This document shows positions 48,040-57,238 of a stretch of 64,000 bases of DNA, piece after piece. The first letter of the stretch is position 1; every line of letters begins with the position of its first letter. The DNA is from a bacterium (GTDB lineage Bacteria > Electryoneota > RPQS01), in the NCBI GenBank assembly GCA_016702305.1, contig JADJEH010000001.1, positions 395,797 to 459,796 of the forward strand, written 5' to 3'. A program made the position numbers and the translations under genes. The notes under the pieces are model-generated. The model did no database searches. It worked only from the letters and a program-made list of their open reading frames with translations, and had not been told where the DNA came from.

Positions 48040-48987
48040 GTGAGTTCTCGCTATCTCATCACCGGCGGCGCCGGATTTATCGGTTCAAATCTCGTTGAAG
48101 AACTGCTGCGCCGCGGTCAGAACGTGCGTGTGTTTGATAACCTCGCGACTGGCAGGCGCTCGAATCTCAAAGAGTTTGAACACGATATCGAGTTCATTGA
48201 AGGCGATTTACGCGACGAGGCGGCGATCCGCGCCGCGACGCAAGGCTGTGAGTTTGTGCTCCATCAGGCCGCATTGGGCTCGGTACCGCGCTCAATTGAC
48301 GATCCAATCACGACGAATGAAGTCAATATTCGCGGCACATTAAATGCTCTGATGGCGGCGCGCGACGCTGGCGTGCGGCGATTCGTCGCGGCGTCGAGTT
48401 CATCCGTCTACGGCAACACGCCTGTGCTGCCGAAAGTCGAAAGCATGACGATGCTGCCGCGTTCGCCGTATGCCGTAAGCAAGTTGGCGACGGAGAAATA
48501 CTGTCAGGCGTTTCACGCGGTGTATGGGCTGGAAACGGTCGCACTGCGCTACTTCAATATCTTCGGGCCTCGGCAGGATCCGCAGTCACAGTACGCGGCC
48601 GTCGTTCCGCTGTTCATTACGCGCGCAATGGCGGGCGTGCCGCCCATCGTGCACGGTGACGGTTTGCAGTCGCGCGATTTCACATACGTGGAAAATGCCA
48701 TCAGCGCAAATCTATTGGCTTGCGAAGCGCCCGCCGAGCAAGTGGCCGGCGAGTTCTTCAACGTCGCCTGCGGTGCGCGCTACTCGCTGCTCGATATATT
48801 GAAAGGCGTCGGGAAGGCGCTGGGAAAAGAGATCGCGCTTCAGCATGAGCCGACGCGGGCGGGAGACGTCCGCGACTCTCTGGCCGACATCAACAAGATA
48901 CAATCCGCCATGGGCTATCAGGTGCTTGTCCCCATGGAAGAAGGTTTACGACGCACCGTCGAATATTATTTACGGGTGGCCGCATGA
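48040..48987 (+). CDS. NAD-dependent epimerase/dehydratase (UDP-hexose/HexNAc 4-epimerase-like SDR)
   Basis: ITGGAGFIGSNLVEELL, YAVSKLATEKY (YxxxK), GDGLQSRDFTYVEN. Confidence 0.8.
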   Translation: MSSRYLITGGAGFIGSNLVEELLRRGQNVRVFDNLATGRRSNLKEFEHDIEFIEGDLRDEAAIRAATQGCEFVLHQAALGSVPRSIDDPITTNEVNIRGTLNALMAARDAGVRRFVAASSSSVYGNTPVLPKVESMTMLPRSPYAVSKLATEKYCQAFHAVYGLETVALRYFNIFGPRQDPQSQYAAVVPLFITRAMAGVPPIVHGDGLQSRDFTYVENAISANLLACEAPAEQVAGEFFNVACGARYSLLDILKGVGKALGKEIALQHEPTRAGDVRDSLADINKIQSAMGYQVLVPMEEGLRRTVEYYLRVAA

Positions 48988-50087
48988 GTGTCGGCATGTT
49001 GAATCTGCAAAAGCAGTTCAAACAAATCGGTTCGGAAGTTCTGGCCGATATACAGAATATTTTTGAAACACAGGCGTTTATTTTGGGCAGCCGCGGCAAG
49101 GCGCTGGAAGAAGCGATGGCCAAGTTGTCCGGTGTGAAGCACGGCATCGGCGTATCGTCCGGCACGGACGCGTTGCTGTTGTCGGTCATGGCGTTGAAAC
49201 CCAAGCCCGGCGATGAAGTCATTACTACGCCGTACACGTTCTTCGCGACGGCAAGTTCAATTGTACGCGGCGGCGCGCGGGCGGTGTTCGTGGACGTTGA
49301 TGAAAATACGTTTAACGCCCGCGCTGATTTGCTTGAAGCCGCAATAACGCCGCGGACGAGAGCGCTAATGCCTGTGCATCTGTTTGGTCAGATGGTGAAC
49401 CCGGCGGCCTGGATGGCCGTGGCGAAGAAACACAACCTGTTGATCATCGAGGATGCCGCACAGGCCGTTGGGGCGCGCTACAACGATGTTGTTTCCGGCG
49501 GATTCGGTGATTTGAATTGCTTCTCGTTTTATCCGACCAAGAACCTCGGCGGTGCGGGAGACGGAGGCATGGTGCTGGCCAACGATGATGCGTTGGCGCA
49601 CGATGTTCGCATTAACCGTGTGCATGGCGGCAAGGATCGTTATTTCCATGATCAAATCGGCATCTGCGGGCGCTTAGATGAATTGCAAGCGGCGGTGCTG
49701 GTGATCAAGTTCAAGCACCTCAACGAGTGGAATGAACGGCGCCGCGACTTGGCCCGGCAGTATAATGAGCAGTTGGCCGGTACGCCTGTGACCACGCCGG
49801 TCGAAGTGCCGGGCGCGTATCACACCTATCATCAGTATTGTCTGCGGGCGCCGCGCCGCGACGAGTTGATGGAGCACCTGAAAAGTAAGGGCATTGGCAG
49901 CATGATCTACTACCCTGTGCCACTGCATTTGCAGAAGTGTTTTGATTTCCTCGGCTATAAAGCAGGCGATTTCCCGGTGGCCGAGCGGCTGGCCAAGGAG
50001 GCCGTTGCACTGCCGATGTCCGCGGAATTGACGAATGATGAAGTGGCGGAAGTCTGTGATGCGATCCGCGGTTTCTACGGCGCATAG
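48984..50087 (+). CDS. DegT/DnrJ/EryC1/StrS-family sugar aminotransferase
   Basis: GTDALLLSVMAL and FSFYPTKNLGGAGDGGMV (PLP lysine context). The product is 367 aa. Confidence 0.85.
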   Translation: MSVGMLNLQKQFKQIGSEVLADIQNIFETQAFILGSRGKALEEAMAKLSGVKHGIGVSSGTDALLLSVMALKPKPGDEVITTPYTFFATASSIVRGGARAVFVDVDENTFNARADLLEAAITPRTRALMPVHLFGQMVNPAAWMAVAKKHNLLIIEDAAQAVGARYNDVVSGGFGDLNCFSFYPTKNLGGAGDGGMVLANDDALAHDVRINRVHGGKDRYFHDQIGICGRLDELQAAVLVIKFKHLNEWNERRRDLARQYNEQLAGTPVTTPVEVPGAYHTYHQYCLRAPRRDELMEHLKSKGIGSMIYYPVPLHLQKCFDFLGYKAGDFPVAERLAKEAVALPMSAELTNDEVAEVCDAIRGFYGA

Positions 50088-50122
50088 ATCCGTCTTTTGA
50101 TGAACTGAATTAGCGAACCCGT

Positions 50123-51553
50123 ATGCCGAAGAGTATCGAACGAAATTTGTGGCTGCGCATTTTCCACCTGATGGTGGATTTGCTCATGACTGCCGCGTCG
50201 TTTGTTGTGGCTTTTGCGTTGCGTACGGAGATCCGCAAATTTTATTTCTTCGGCAGTGCGCAGTCCGTGCACAGCTACTACGAGGTCGGCTTCCTTGTGG
50301 TGCTCATCTGGTGGCTGCTGCTGGATTTACAGCGCGCTCACCACGATATGGTGCCGAGCAGCGTGTGGCATGATTTCAAGCTCTCGGCACGGACGGCCAT
50401 TTTCGGCACGGTCTGCCTCTTTGCCGCAGCCTACGTTCTGCGTATTGAATTGCCGCCGCGTTCAACGATTACGTTGTTCGCGGTGACCAACGCCGCGCTC
50501 CTGACGATCAATCGCGTCTTTTTCCGCAGCCTGCGTGAGCATATGCGCAGCGGCGGCGGAATGAGTAAACGGTTTCTCGTGATCGGCACGACGGAAAAAG
50601 CGCAGCGTTTCCTGACGACTATCGGCGAACATCCGTTGTGGGCTTTGTCGCTTGTCGGGTTTGTGGACACGGATCGCAAGGAAGCGGCGGCGATGCCCGC
50701 TGAACTGCAATATCTTGGAACACCCGATGACCTCGCGAGCATTCTGCATACGCACACGATTGACGAAGTTGTGTTCGCAGTCCCGACGCGGCAAATCGCC
50801 GACTGCACGGACATGCTGGCCTTATGCGAGCAGGAGGGCGTGCGGGCCGTGATCCTGTCGAACTGGTTTTCAAGTCTCGTGGCCCATGTGTCCACAGACA
50901 TCCAGTACGATCAGCCAGTTCTGATCTACACGTCGCTGCGGCACAAGGAGTGGCAGATTCTTGTCAAGCGGCTGTTCGATATCGGCTTCTCCGCGGGACT
51001 GCTGCTGGTGCTCGGGCCCATGCTTCTTCTGATCGCCTTTCTGATCAAGATTCACGATCGCGGACCGATTTTTTACCGCTGGAAGGTTGTGGGCTTCAAC
51101 AAAGAGAAGTTTACAGGCTACAAATTCCGGACGATGGTTGTTGATGCGGACCGCTTGAAAGCGCAGCTTGAAGCGCAAAATGAGATGAAGGGCGCCGTCT
51201 TCAAGATTCGTAACGATCCGCGCATCACACCGATTGGCCGCCTGCTGCGCAAATTCAGTTTGGATGAGTTGCCGCAACTATGGAGCGTGCTCAAGGGCGA
51301 TATGTCCATCGTCGGTCCGCGTCCGCCGCTCGAAACGGAGTTGCCGCGTTTTGACAGTTGGCATCGTCGCAAACTGTCGGTGAAGCCAGGCCTCACGTGT
51401 CTGTGGCAGATCTCAGGCCGCAGCAATATTACCGATTTTGACGAGTGGGTGAAGCTCGATTTGGCCTACATTGACAACTGGACCTTGTGGCTGGATTTCA
51501 AAATCTTGATGAAGACCATTCCCGCCGTGCTGCTCGGGCGCGGCGCACATTAA
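50123..51553 (+). CDS. Polyprenyl-phosphate sugar phosphotransferase (WbaP/WcaJ-type initiating enzyme)
   Basis: N-terminal TM helices and a central Rossmann-like region. The C-terminal bacterial sugar-transferase domain reads KRLFDIGFS..GPIFYRWKVVGFNKEKFTGYKFRTM..DPRITPIGRLLRKFSLDELPQLWSVLKGDMSIVGPRPP. Confidence 0.85.
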   Translation: MPKSIERNLWLRIFHLMVDLLMTAASFVVAFALRTEIRKFYFFGSAQSVHSYYEVGFLVVLIWWLLLDLQRAHHDMVPSSVWHDFKLSARTAIFGTVCLFAAAYVLRIELPPRSTITLFAVTNAALLTINRVFFRSLREHMRSGGGMSKRFLVIGTTEKAQRFLTTIGEHPLWALSLVGFVDTDRKEAAAMPAELQYLGTPDDLASILHTHTIDEVVFAVPTRQIADCTDMLALCEQEGVRAVILSNWFSSLVAHVSTDIQYDQPVLIYTSLRHKEWQILVKRLFDIGFSAGLLLVLGPMLLLIAFLIKIHDRGPIFYRWKVVGFNKEKFTGYKFRTMVVDADRLKAQLEAQNEMKGAVFKIRNDPRITPIGRLLRKFSLDELPQLWSVLKGDMSIVGPRPPLETELPRFDSWHRRKLSVKPGLTCLWQISGRSNITDFDEWVKLDLAYIDNWTLWLDFKILMKTIPAVLLGRGAH

Positions 51554-51566
51554 CAGGAAATCACTC

Positions 51567-52691
51567 TTGCGCGTTCTTGTCACCGGCGGCGCCGGTTTTA
51601 TCGGATCACATACGACGGATGAATTGCTGCGTCGCGGATACGATGTGACAATTCTTGACAGTCTCGAAAAGCCGGTGCACCTCAAGGGCAAACCGTCCTA
51701 CATTCCCGCCAAAGTGCGTTTCATTGAAGGCGATGTTCGTGACCGCGCGAAAATGCTCGAAGCGCTGGAGGGCGTCGAGGCGGTCTATCACTTTGCCGCC
51801 TATCAAGACTACTTGCCGGATTTTTCGAAGTTCTTTCACGTGAACAGCGTCGGCACAGCGCTGATCTATGAATTGATTGTCGAGAAGAAGCTGCCGGTAA
51901 AGAAAGTCGTCGTGGCATCGTCACAAGCGGTGGCCGGCGAAGGACGCTACGCGGCCGCCGACGGGACTATCTACCATCCTGAACTGCGTCCGCTGCCGCA
52001 GCTTGATTCGGGACAGTGGGAGTTCCGCGATCCGCGCACGAATGCTGTGCTGAGTTGGCAGCCGACGCCGGAGACGGACGCCAAGCCGCTCAATCAATAC
52101 GCGTTGTCGAAGTACTCGCAGGAGATGATGACGCTGGCTTTCGGCAAGCGTTACGACATCCCGTCCGTGGCTATGCGCTTCTCGATTGTGCAGGGTCCGC
52201 GCCAGAGCTTCTACAACAATTACTCGGGCGCGTGCCGTATTTTCTCACTGAGCTACTTTTTTAACCGCGCGCCGCTGATCTACGAAGACGGCGAACAGGT
52301 GCGCGACTTCGTGAATATTCACGACGTTGTGCAAGCGAACCTAAAGGTACTCGAAGATGATCGCGCCAACTATGAGATGTTTAACGTTGGCGGCGGCCGA
52401 GCCTATACGGTTACAGAGTTTTGCGAAATAGTGGCCAAGGTGTTCGGCAAAGACGGGCTGGCGCCGCGCATTCCGGGACTCTACCGCTTTGGCGACACAC
52501 GCCACATCATATCTGACATATCAAAACTGAAGTCATTGGGTTGGTCGCCGACGCGCACCGCTGAAGATTCCGTGCGTGAATATCGCGGCTATCTTGAAGA
52601 GCAAACTGACATTGACGACATCATGGATTTCGCCGAGCAGAAAATGCAGAGCTTGAACGTGGTGCGTCCGGCCAAGGGAGCAACGGCATAA
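51567..52691 (+). CDS. NAD-dependent epimerase/dehydratase family SDR (374 aa)
   Basis: VLVTGGAGFIGSHTTDELL and YALSKYSQEMM (YxxxK). TTG start. Confidence 0.75.
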   Translation: MRVLVTGGAGFIGSHTTDELLRRGYDVTILDSLEKPVHLKGKPSYIPAKVRFIEGDVRDRAKMLEALEGVEAVYHFAAYQDYLPDFSKFFHVNSVGTALIYELIVEKKLPVKKVVVASSQAVAGEGRYAAADGTIYHPELRPLPQLDSGQWEFRDPRTNAVLSWQPTPETDAKPLNQYALSKYSQEMMTLAFGKRYDIPSVAMRFSIVQGPRQSFYNNYSGACRIFSLSYFFNRAPLIYEDGEQVRDFVNIHDVVQANLKVLEDDRANYEMFNVGGGRAYTVTEFCEIVAKVFGKDGLAPRIPGLYRFGDTRHIISDISKLKSLGWSPTRTAEDSVREYRGYLEEQTDIDDIMDFAEQKMQSLNVVRPAKGATA

Positions 52692-53635
52692 TGCGTATTC
52701 TCGTTACGGGTGGAGCGGGGTTTGTCGGATCACATGTCGCGGACGGGTTTATCGCGGCGGGACATGAAGTTGCCGTGCTGGACAATTTGGCCACGGGATT
52801 CAGACATAACATCCCCAAAGACGCGACGTTTTTCGAAGTGGATGTGCGCGACGCGGCCGCAATTGAGAAGATCTTCACGGCGTTCCGCCCCGACGTGATT
52901 GATCATCACGCGGCGCAGATGGACGTACGCAAGTCCCTGCTGGATCCGGTGTTCGACGCCGAGTGCAATATCATTGGCTCGATTAACCTCATCGCCGCCG
53001 CCCAGCGGCACGGCGTCAAGAAGTTCATCTACATCTCGACCGGCGGCGCGGTCTACGGCGAGGCGCCGGTGCTGCCCGCTAACGAGCAGACGCCCGTTCA
53101 TCCCGAGTGCGCGTATGGCATATCGAAACACACCGTAGAGCATTATCTTGAACTCTACCGGCTGCTCTACGGTCAGCGGTACACAGTCCTGCGCTATCCT
53201 AATGTGTTCGGACCGCGCCAGAATCCGCACGGCGAAGCCGGTGTCATAGCGATTTTCGCGGGGCTGATGCTGGATGGCAAAACGCCGACGATTTACGGTG
53301 ACGGCGAGCAGTTGCGCGATTACGTTTATGTTTCGGACTGCGTGCGTGCCAATATTCTGGCCCTCGATGCTGGTGACGGAGAGATCATCAACATCGGTTC
53401 GGGAATGGGAACATCGGTGAACACACTGTATAAGTACCTTGCTGAGTTTGCCGATTTCCCGAATGAGCCGATTTACGCCGCGGAGCGCACGGGCGAAATT
53501 CAGGCAATCTACCTCGATGCTACACGAGCCGGCGCGATCCTTAAGTGGAAGCAGGAAGTGACGCTGGCCGACGGATTGCGCAAGACGTTTGATTGGAATC
53601 GCGCGCAGCGCGAGCGGAGCACGGCGACGGCGTGA
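52691..53635 (+). CDS. NAD-dependent epimerase (GalE-like SDR)
   Basis: MRILVTGGAGFVGSHVADGF, YGISKHTVEHY, GDGEQLRDYVYVSD. The start overlaps the previous stop. Confidence 0.8.
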   Translation: MRILVTGGAGFVGSHVADGFIAAGHEVAVLDNLATGFRHNIPKDATFFEVDVRDAAAIEKIFTAFRPDVIDHHAAQMDVRKSLLDPVFDAECNIIGSINLIAAAQRHGVKKFIYISTGGAVYGEAPVLPANEQTPVHPECAYGISKHTVEHYLELYRLLYGQRYTVLRYPNVFGPRQNPHGEAGVIAIFAGLMLDGKTPTIYGDGEQLRDYVYVSDCVRANILALDAGDGEIINIGSGMGTSVNTLYKYLAEFADFPNEPIYAAERTGEIQAIYLDATRAGAILKWKQEVTLADGLRKTFDWNRAQRERSTATA

Positions 53636-54327
53636 AAGCTCTTGTGCTGGCTGCGGGCATTGGCAGCCGTTTGGGTGATCTGACGCGGGACACGCCGAAG
53701 TGCTTGTTACCTGTAGCGGGGCGACCGTTGTTGGACTATTGGTGCGAGACGCTGGCACAGGCGGCGGTCACGGACGTGTATATCAACACGCATCATCACG
53801 CCGATCAAGTACGCGAGTTCATCGGCACGCGTCCGCACGGCTTGCAGTTCGTGGAAGGCTATGAGAAGACGTTGCTGGGCAGCGCGGGAACTCTGCGCAT
53901 GGCCCACAATTTTCTCTGCGAGGAGCAGAGTTTCTTCATTATCTATGCCGACAATTACGTCGAGTTGAATTTAGGCCGGCTGAAGGACTTTCATGACGCC
54001 AGCGGCCGACCGCCCTTGGCGCTGGTCGCTTATCCGACGGATCAGCCGCAGCGTTGCGGAATTCTCGAACTCGCCCCGGATGGCCGCGTGACTTCGTTTG
54101 AAGAAAAGCCCGCGCAGCCTCGGACAAACTTTGCCAATTCAGGTATTCACGTCGCGACGCCGGAGTTGTTTCGCTGGGTTCCCGAACTTGCGCCTTCGGA
54201 TATCGGATTTCACGTGCTGCCGCGGCTGGTCGGCACAATGTATGGGTATGTAACGAACGAGTACATTCAAGACATCGGAACTCCTGATGCGTACGCGGCT
54301 GTCCGCGCGCGGCGGGAACGCAACTAA
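53632..54327 (+). CDS. hddC: Sugar-1-phosphate nucleotidyltransferase (HddC-like heptose-1-phosphate guanylyltransferase)
   Basis: VKALVLAAGIGSRLGDLTRDTPKCLLPVAGRPLL is the GxGxRL motif. GTG 53632 overlaps the upstream stop. The gene is adjacent to hddA and gmhA. Confidence 0.65.
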   Translation: MKALVLAAGIGSRLGDLTRDTPKCLLPVAGRPLLDYWCETLAQAAVTDVYINTHHHADQVREFIGTRPHGLQFVEGYEKTLLGSAGTLRMAHNFLCEEQSFFIIYADNYVELNLGRLKDFHDASGRPPLALVAYPTDQPQRCGILELAPDGRVTSFEEKPAQPRTNFANSGIHVATPELFRWVPELAPSDIGFHVLPRLVGTMYGYVTNEYIQDIGTPDAYAAVRARRERN

Positions 54328-54330
54328 CGC

Positions 54331-55320
54331 ATGGTCATTACGCAGACACCCTTGCGGCTGAGCTTCGCCGGCGGCGGCAGTGATTTGGCCGATTACTATT
54401 TGCACGGTGACGGGCAAGTTATCTCGACCGCGATTGACAAGTATATCTTTGTCATCATCAAGGAGCGTTTTGATAACAAGATTGTCCTGAATTACTCGCG
54501 CAATGAAACCGTCGAAGACATTACCGAGATCAAGCACGAACTGATTCGCTCCGCGATGGAGATGACGGGGCTCGGACGAGGAGTGGAGATTTCCACGCTC
54601 GCCGATATTCCGTCGGAAGGCAGCGGCCTTGGATCGTCGTCGTCGCTTGTTGTTGGTCTGCTCAATGCCATGTATTCGTATATCGGCGAGCAGGTGACAG
54701 CGGAGCGGTTGGCGCGGGAGGCGTGTGAGATTGAAATCAATCGCTGCGGCCGCCCGATCGGGAAACAAGATCAATACATCGCGGCGTTCGGCGGATTGCG
54801 GCGCTTCGTGTTTCACGCCAATGACACGGTCTCTGAACGACGCGTCGAATTGCCCGCACAGTCGCTGCGGCTGTTCGGGTCGTATCTGATGCTGTTCTTC
54901 ACCAACCGCACGCGTAAGTCTGCGGAGATTCTCACCGAACAGAAGTCGCAGACGACGTCCAAACGCGATGTGCTCGAAGCGATGATGCCGCTTGTTGACC
55001 AGATCGAGAACGCCCTCGCGGCCCAGGAATTTGAGGAGGTCGGTCGCCTGCTGCACGTGGGTTGGGAGCTGAAGAAACGCATGGCCGCGAAAATATCCGA
55101 CGGCGAGATAGATCACATGTACGAGCGCGCGCTGCGGGCCGGCGCTTTGGGCGGTAAGATCGCGGGTGCGGGCGGCGGCGGTTTCCTGTTACTCTACGTT
55201 CCGCCGTCACACCAGGAAGCCGTGCGGCATGCGCTTGGCGAACTCTACGAGTTGCCGTTCATGCCAGAGCGCGACGGCAGCAAGATCATTTTCAATATCA
55301 AGCGTTATCCGTTTAAATGA
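54331..55320 (+). CDS. hddA: GHMP kinase, D-glycero-alpha-D-manno-heptose-7-phosphate kinase type
   Basis: MVITQTPLRLSFAGGGSDL.. is the N-terminus typical of HddA. The GHMP motif PSEGSGLGSSSSLVVG and GGKIAGAGGGGFLL are present. Confidence 0.75.
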   Translation: MVITQTPLRLSFAGGGSDLADYYLHGDGQVISTAIDKYIFVIIKERFDNKIVLNYSRNETVEDITEIKHELIRSAMEMTGLGRGVEISTLADIPSEGSGLGSSSSLVVGLLNAMYSYIGEQVTAERLAREACEIEINRCGRPIGKQDQYIAAFGGLRRFVFHANDTVSERRVELPAQSLRLFGSYLMLFFTNRTRKSAEILTEQKSQTTSKRDVLEAMMPLVDQIENALAAQEFEEVGRLLHVGWELKKRMAAKISDGEIDHMYERALRAGALGGKIAGAGGGGFLLLYVPPSHQEAVRHALGELYELPFMPERDGSKIIFNIKRYPFK

Positions 55321-55892
55321 TTCCTGACAAGTCTACCCATATTCGATCGTATTTCGATCGCCTTAGAGCCGTTCTGGACAGCGTCAATGTCGCCGACGTC
55401 GAACGTCTGATCGCGATTTTCGAGGATGCGTACAATCGCGATGCCGCCGTCTACGTCTGCGGGAACGGCGGATCGTGGAGCACTGCGTCGCATTGGGTGT
55501 GCGACTTTGCCAAGGGCGCCAGCTCGCCGGGCAAACGCCGCCTGCGGATGTTCGCGCCCGGCGATAATGTGCCGATGCTCACGGCGTACGGCAATGACGT
55601 CAGCTACAACGCGATTTTCGCCGAGCCCCTGCGCGCCTATGCGCGGCCCGGTGACGTCGTCATCTTGATTACCGCTTCGGGCAATTCACCGAACATACTT
55701 GAGGCCGCGACCGTCGCGCGCGAGATCGGCGCGACCATCGTTGGGTTGATCGGCTTCGGCGGCGGCAAACTCGCCGCGATGACCGACCATAACGTCGTCG
55801 TGGCATCCCGCGAATACGGACCCGTCGAAGACCTGCATCTCATTTTGGATCACATCGTCAGTACCTTCCTAAAGGAATTCATCGCGCAATGA
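55317..55892 (+). CDS. gmhA: SIS-domain phosphoheptose isomerase
   Basis: VYVCGNGGSWSTASHWVCDF, VVILITASGNSPN, GLIGFGGG. It overlaps hddA by 4 nt. Confidence 0.75.
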   Translation: MIPDKSTHIRSYFDRLRAVLDSVNVADVERLIAIFEDAYNRDAAVYVCGNGGSWSTASHWVCDFAKGASSPGKRRLRMFAPGDNVPMLTAYGNDVSYNAIFAEPLRAYARPGDVVILITASGNSPNILEAATVAREIGATIVGLIGFGGGKLAAMTDHNVVVASREYGPVEDLHLILDHIVSTFLKEFIAQ

Positions 55893-55936
55893 CGCGATAT
55901 ATTCTGTTTCTTACTACATAACTTCCGACAACACTC

Positions 55937-57238
55937 ATGAAAGTTACCGTTATTGGGACCGGCTACGTGGGCCTCGTCACCGGTACCTGCCTTGCCGAAA
56001 CTGGCAACACCGTCGCGTGTGTGGACACCGATGCGCGCAAAGTTGATATGCTCAAGCGCGGCATCGTGCCCATTTACGAACCCGGCCTGAAAGACTATCT
56101 TGATCGTAACGTGGCTGCGGGCCGCCTGAGCTTCACCACTGATTTGTATTCGGTGATGGACGACTCCGAAGTGCTGATGATTGCCGTCGGCACGCCGCCC
56201 GGCGAAGACGGATCCGCCGATCTGCGCTACGTCCTGCAAGTTGCCGAGCAGATCGGAAAGAACCTTAAGTCGTATAAGGTCATTGTTAACAAGTCCACTG
56301 TGCCTATCGGTTCGGGCGACCTTGTTCGCGAGACGATTGCCAAGCACACCACTGTCGAATTCGATGTCGTATCAAATCCGGAGTTTCTCAAAGAGGGCGA
56401 CGCTGTCAGTGACTTCATGAAGCCCGACAGAATCGTAATCGGCGTGTCGAGCAAGCGCGCCGAGGAGATCATGAAGCATTTATACGCGCCGTTTCATCGC
56501 ACGGGCTATCGCGTCGTTTCCATGGACGTTCGGTCGGCGGAAATGACCAAGTACGCGGCCAACGCGATGCTTGCGACCAAGATCACGTTCATGAATGAAA
56601 TCGCAAATTTGTGCGAAGCGTGCGGGGCTGACATCAACAATGTGCGCTACGGCATCGGCAGTGACAAACGTATCGGACCGCATTTCCTGTTCGCGGGTAT
56701 CGGCTACGGCGGTTCGTGTTTTCCCAAAGATGTGTCGGCGTTGATTCGCATCGGCCGCCAGTATGACAATGAACTGAAGATCCTCAACGCGGTTGACGAG
56801 GTTAACGTGCGCCAGCGCACGCGGCTTGTGGACAAGGTCGTCAAGCGCTTCGGTGAAGATCTGACGGGTAAACGCTTCGGCATCTGGGGCTTGTCATTCA
56901 AACCGCGCACGGACGATATGCGCGAGGCTCCTTCGATCTACACGATTGAAGCGCTGCACGAACGCGGTGCTAAACTGCAAGTGTACGATCCGCAGGCGAT
57001 GGAGAATGCGCGTCCGATTTTCGGCGACAAGGCGCATTTCCACGATGACTACTACTCTTTGCTGAAGGATTGTGACGCGCTGCTGATCTGCACGGAATGG
57101 CAAGAGTTCCGCGAACCGGATTTTGCCCGCATCAAGGGGCTGCTTAAGCAGCCGATCATCTTCGACGGACGTAATCTTTTCGAACCGGATCATATGCGTG
57201 AACTCGGTTACGAGTATCACTGTATTGGCCGCCATTAA
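55937..57238 (+). CDS. ugd: UDP-glucose 6-dehydrogenase
   Basis: MKVTVIGTGYVGLVTGTCLAETGN, GGSCFPKD (catalytic Cys), LSFKPRTDDMREAP. Confidence 0.9.
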   Translation: MKVTVIGTGYVGLVTGTCLAETGNTVACVDTDARKVDMLKRGIVPIYEPGLKDYLDRNVAAGRLSFTTDLYSVMDDSEVLMIAVGTPPGEDGSADLRYVLQVAEQIGKNLKSYKVIVNKSTVPIGSGDLVRETIAKHTTVEFDVVSNPEFLKEGDAVSDFMKPDRIVIGVSSKRAEEIMKHLYAPFHRTGYRVVSMDVRSAEMTKYAANAMLATKITFMNEIANLCEACGADINNVRYGIGSDKRIGPHFLFAGIGYGGSCFPKDVSALIRIGRQYDNELKILNAVDEVNVRQRTRLVDKVVKRFGEDLTGKRFGIWGLSFKPRTDDMREAPSIYTIEALHERGAKLQVYDPQAMENARPIFGDKAHFHDDYYSLLKDCDALLICTEWQEFREPDFARIKGLLKQPIIFDGRNLFEPDHMRELGYEYHCIGRH

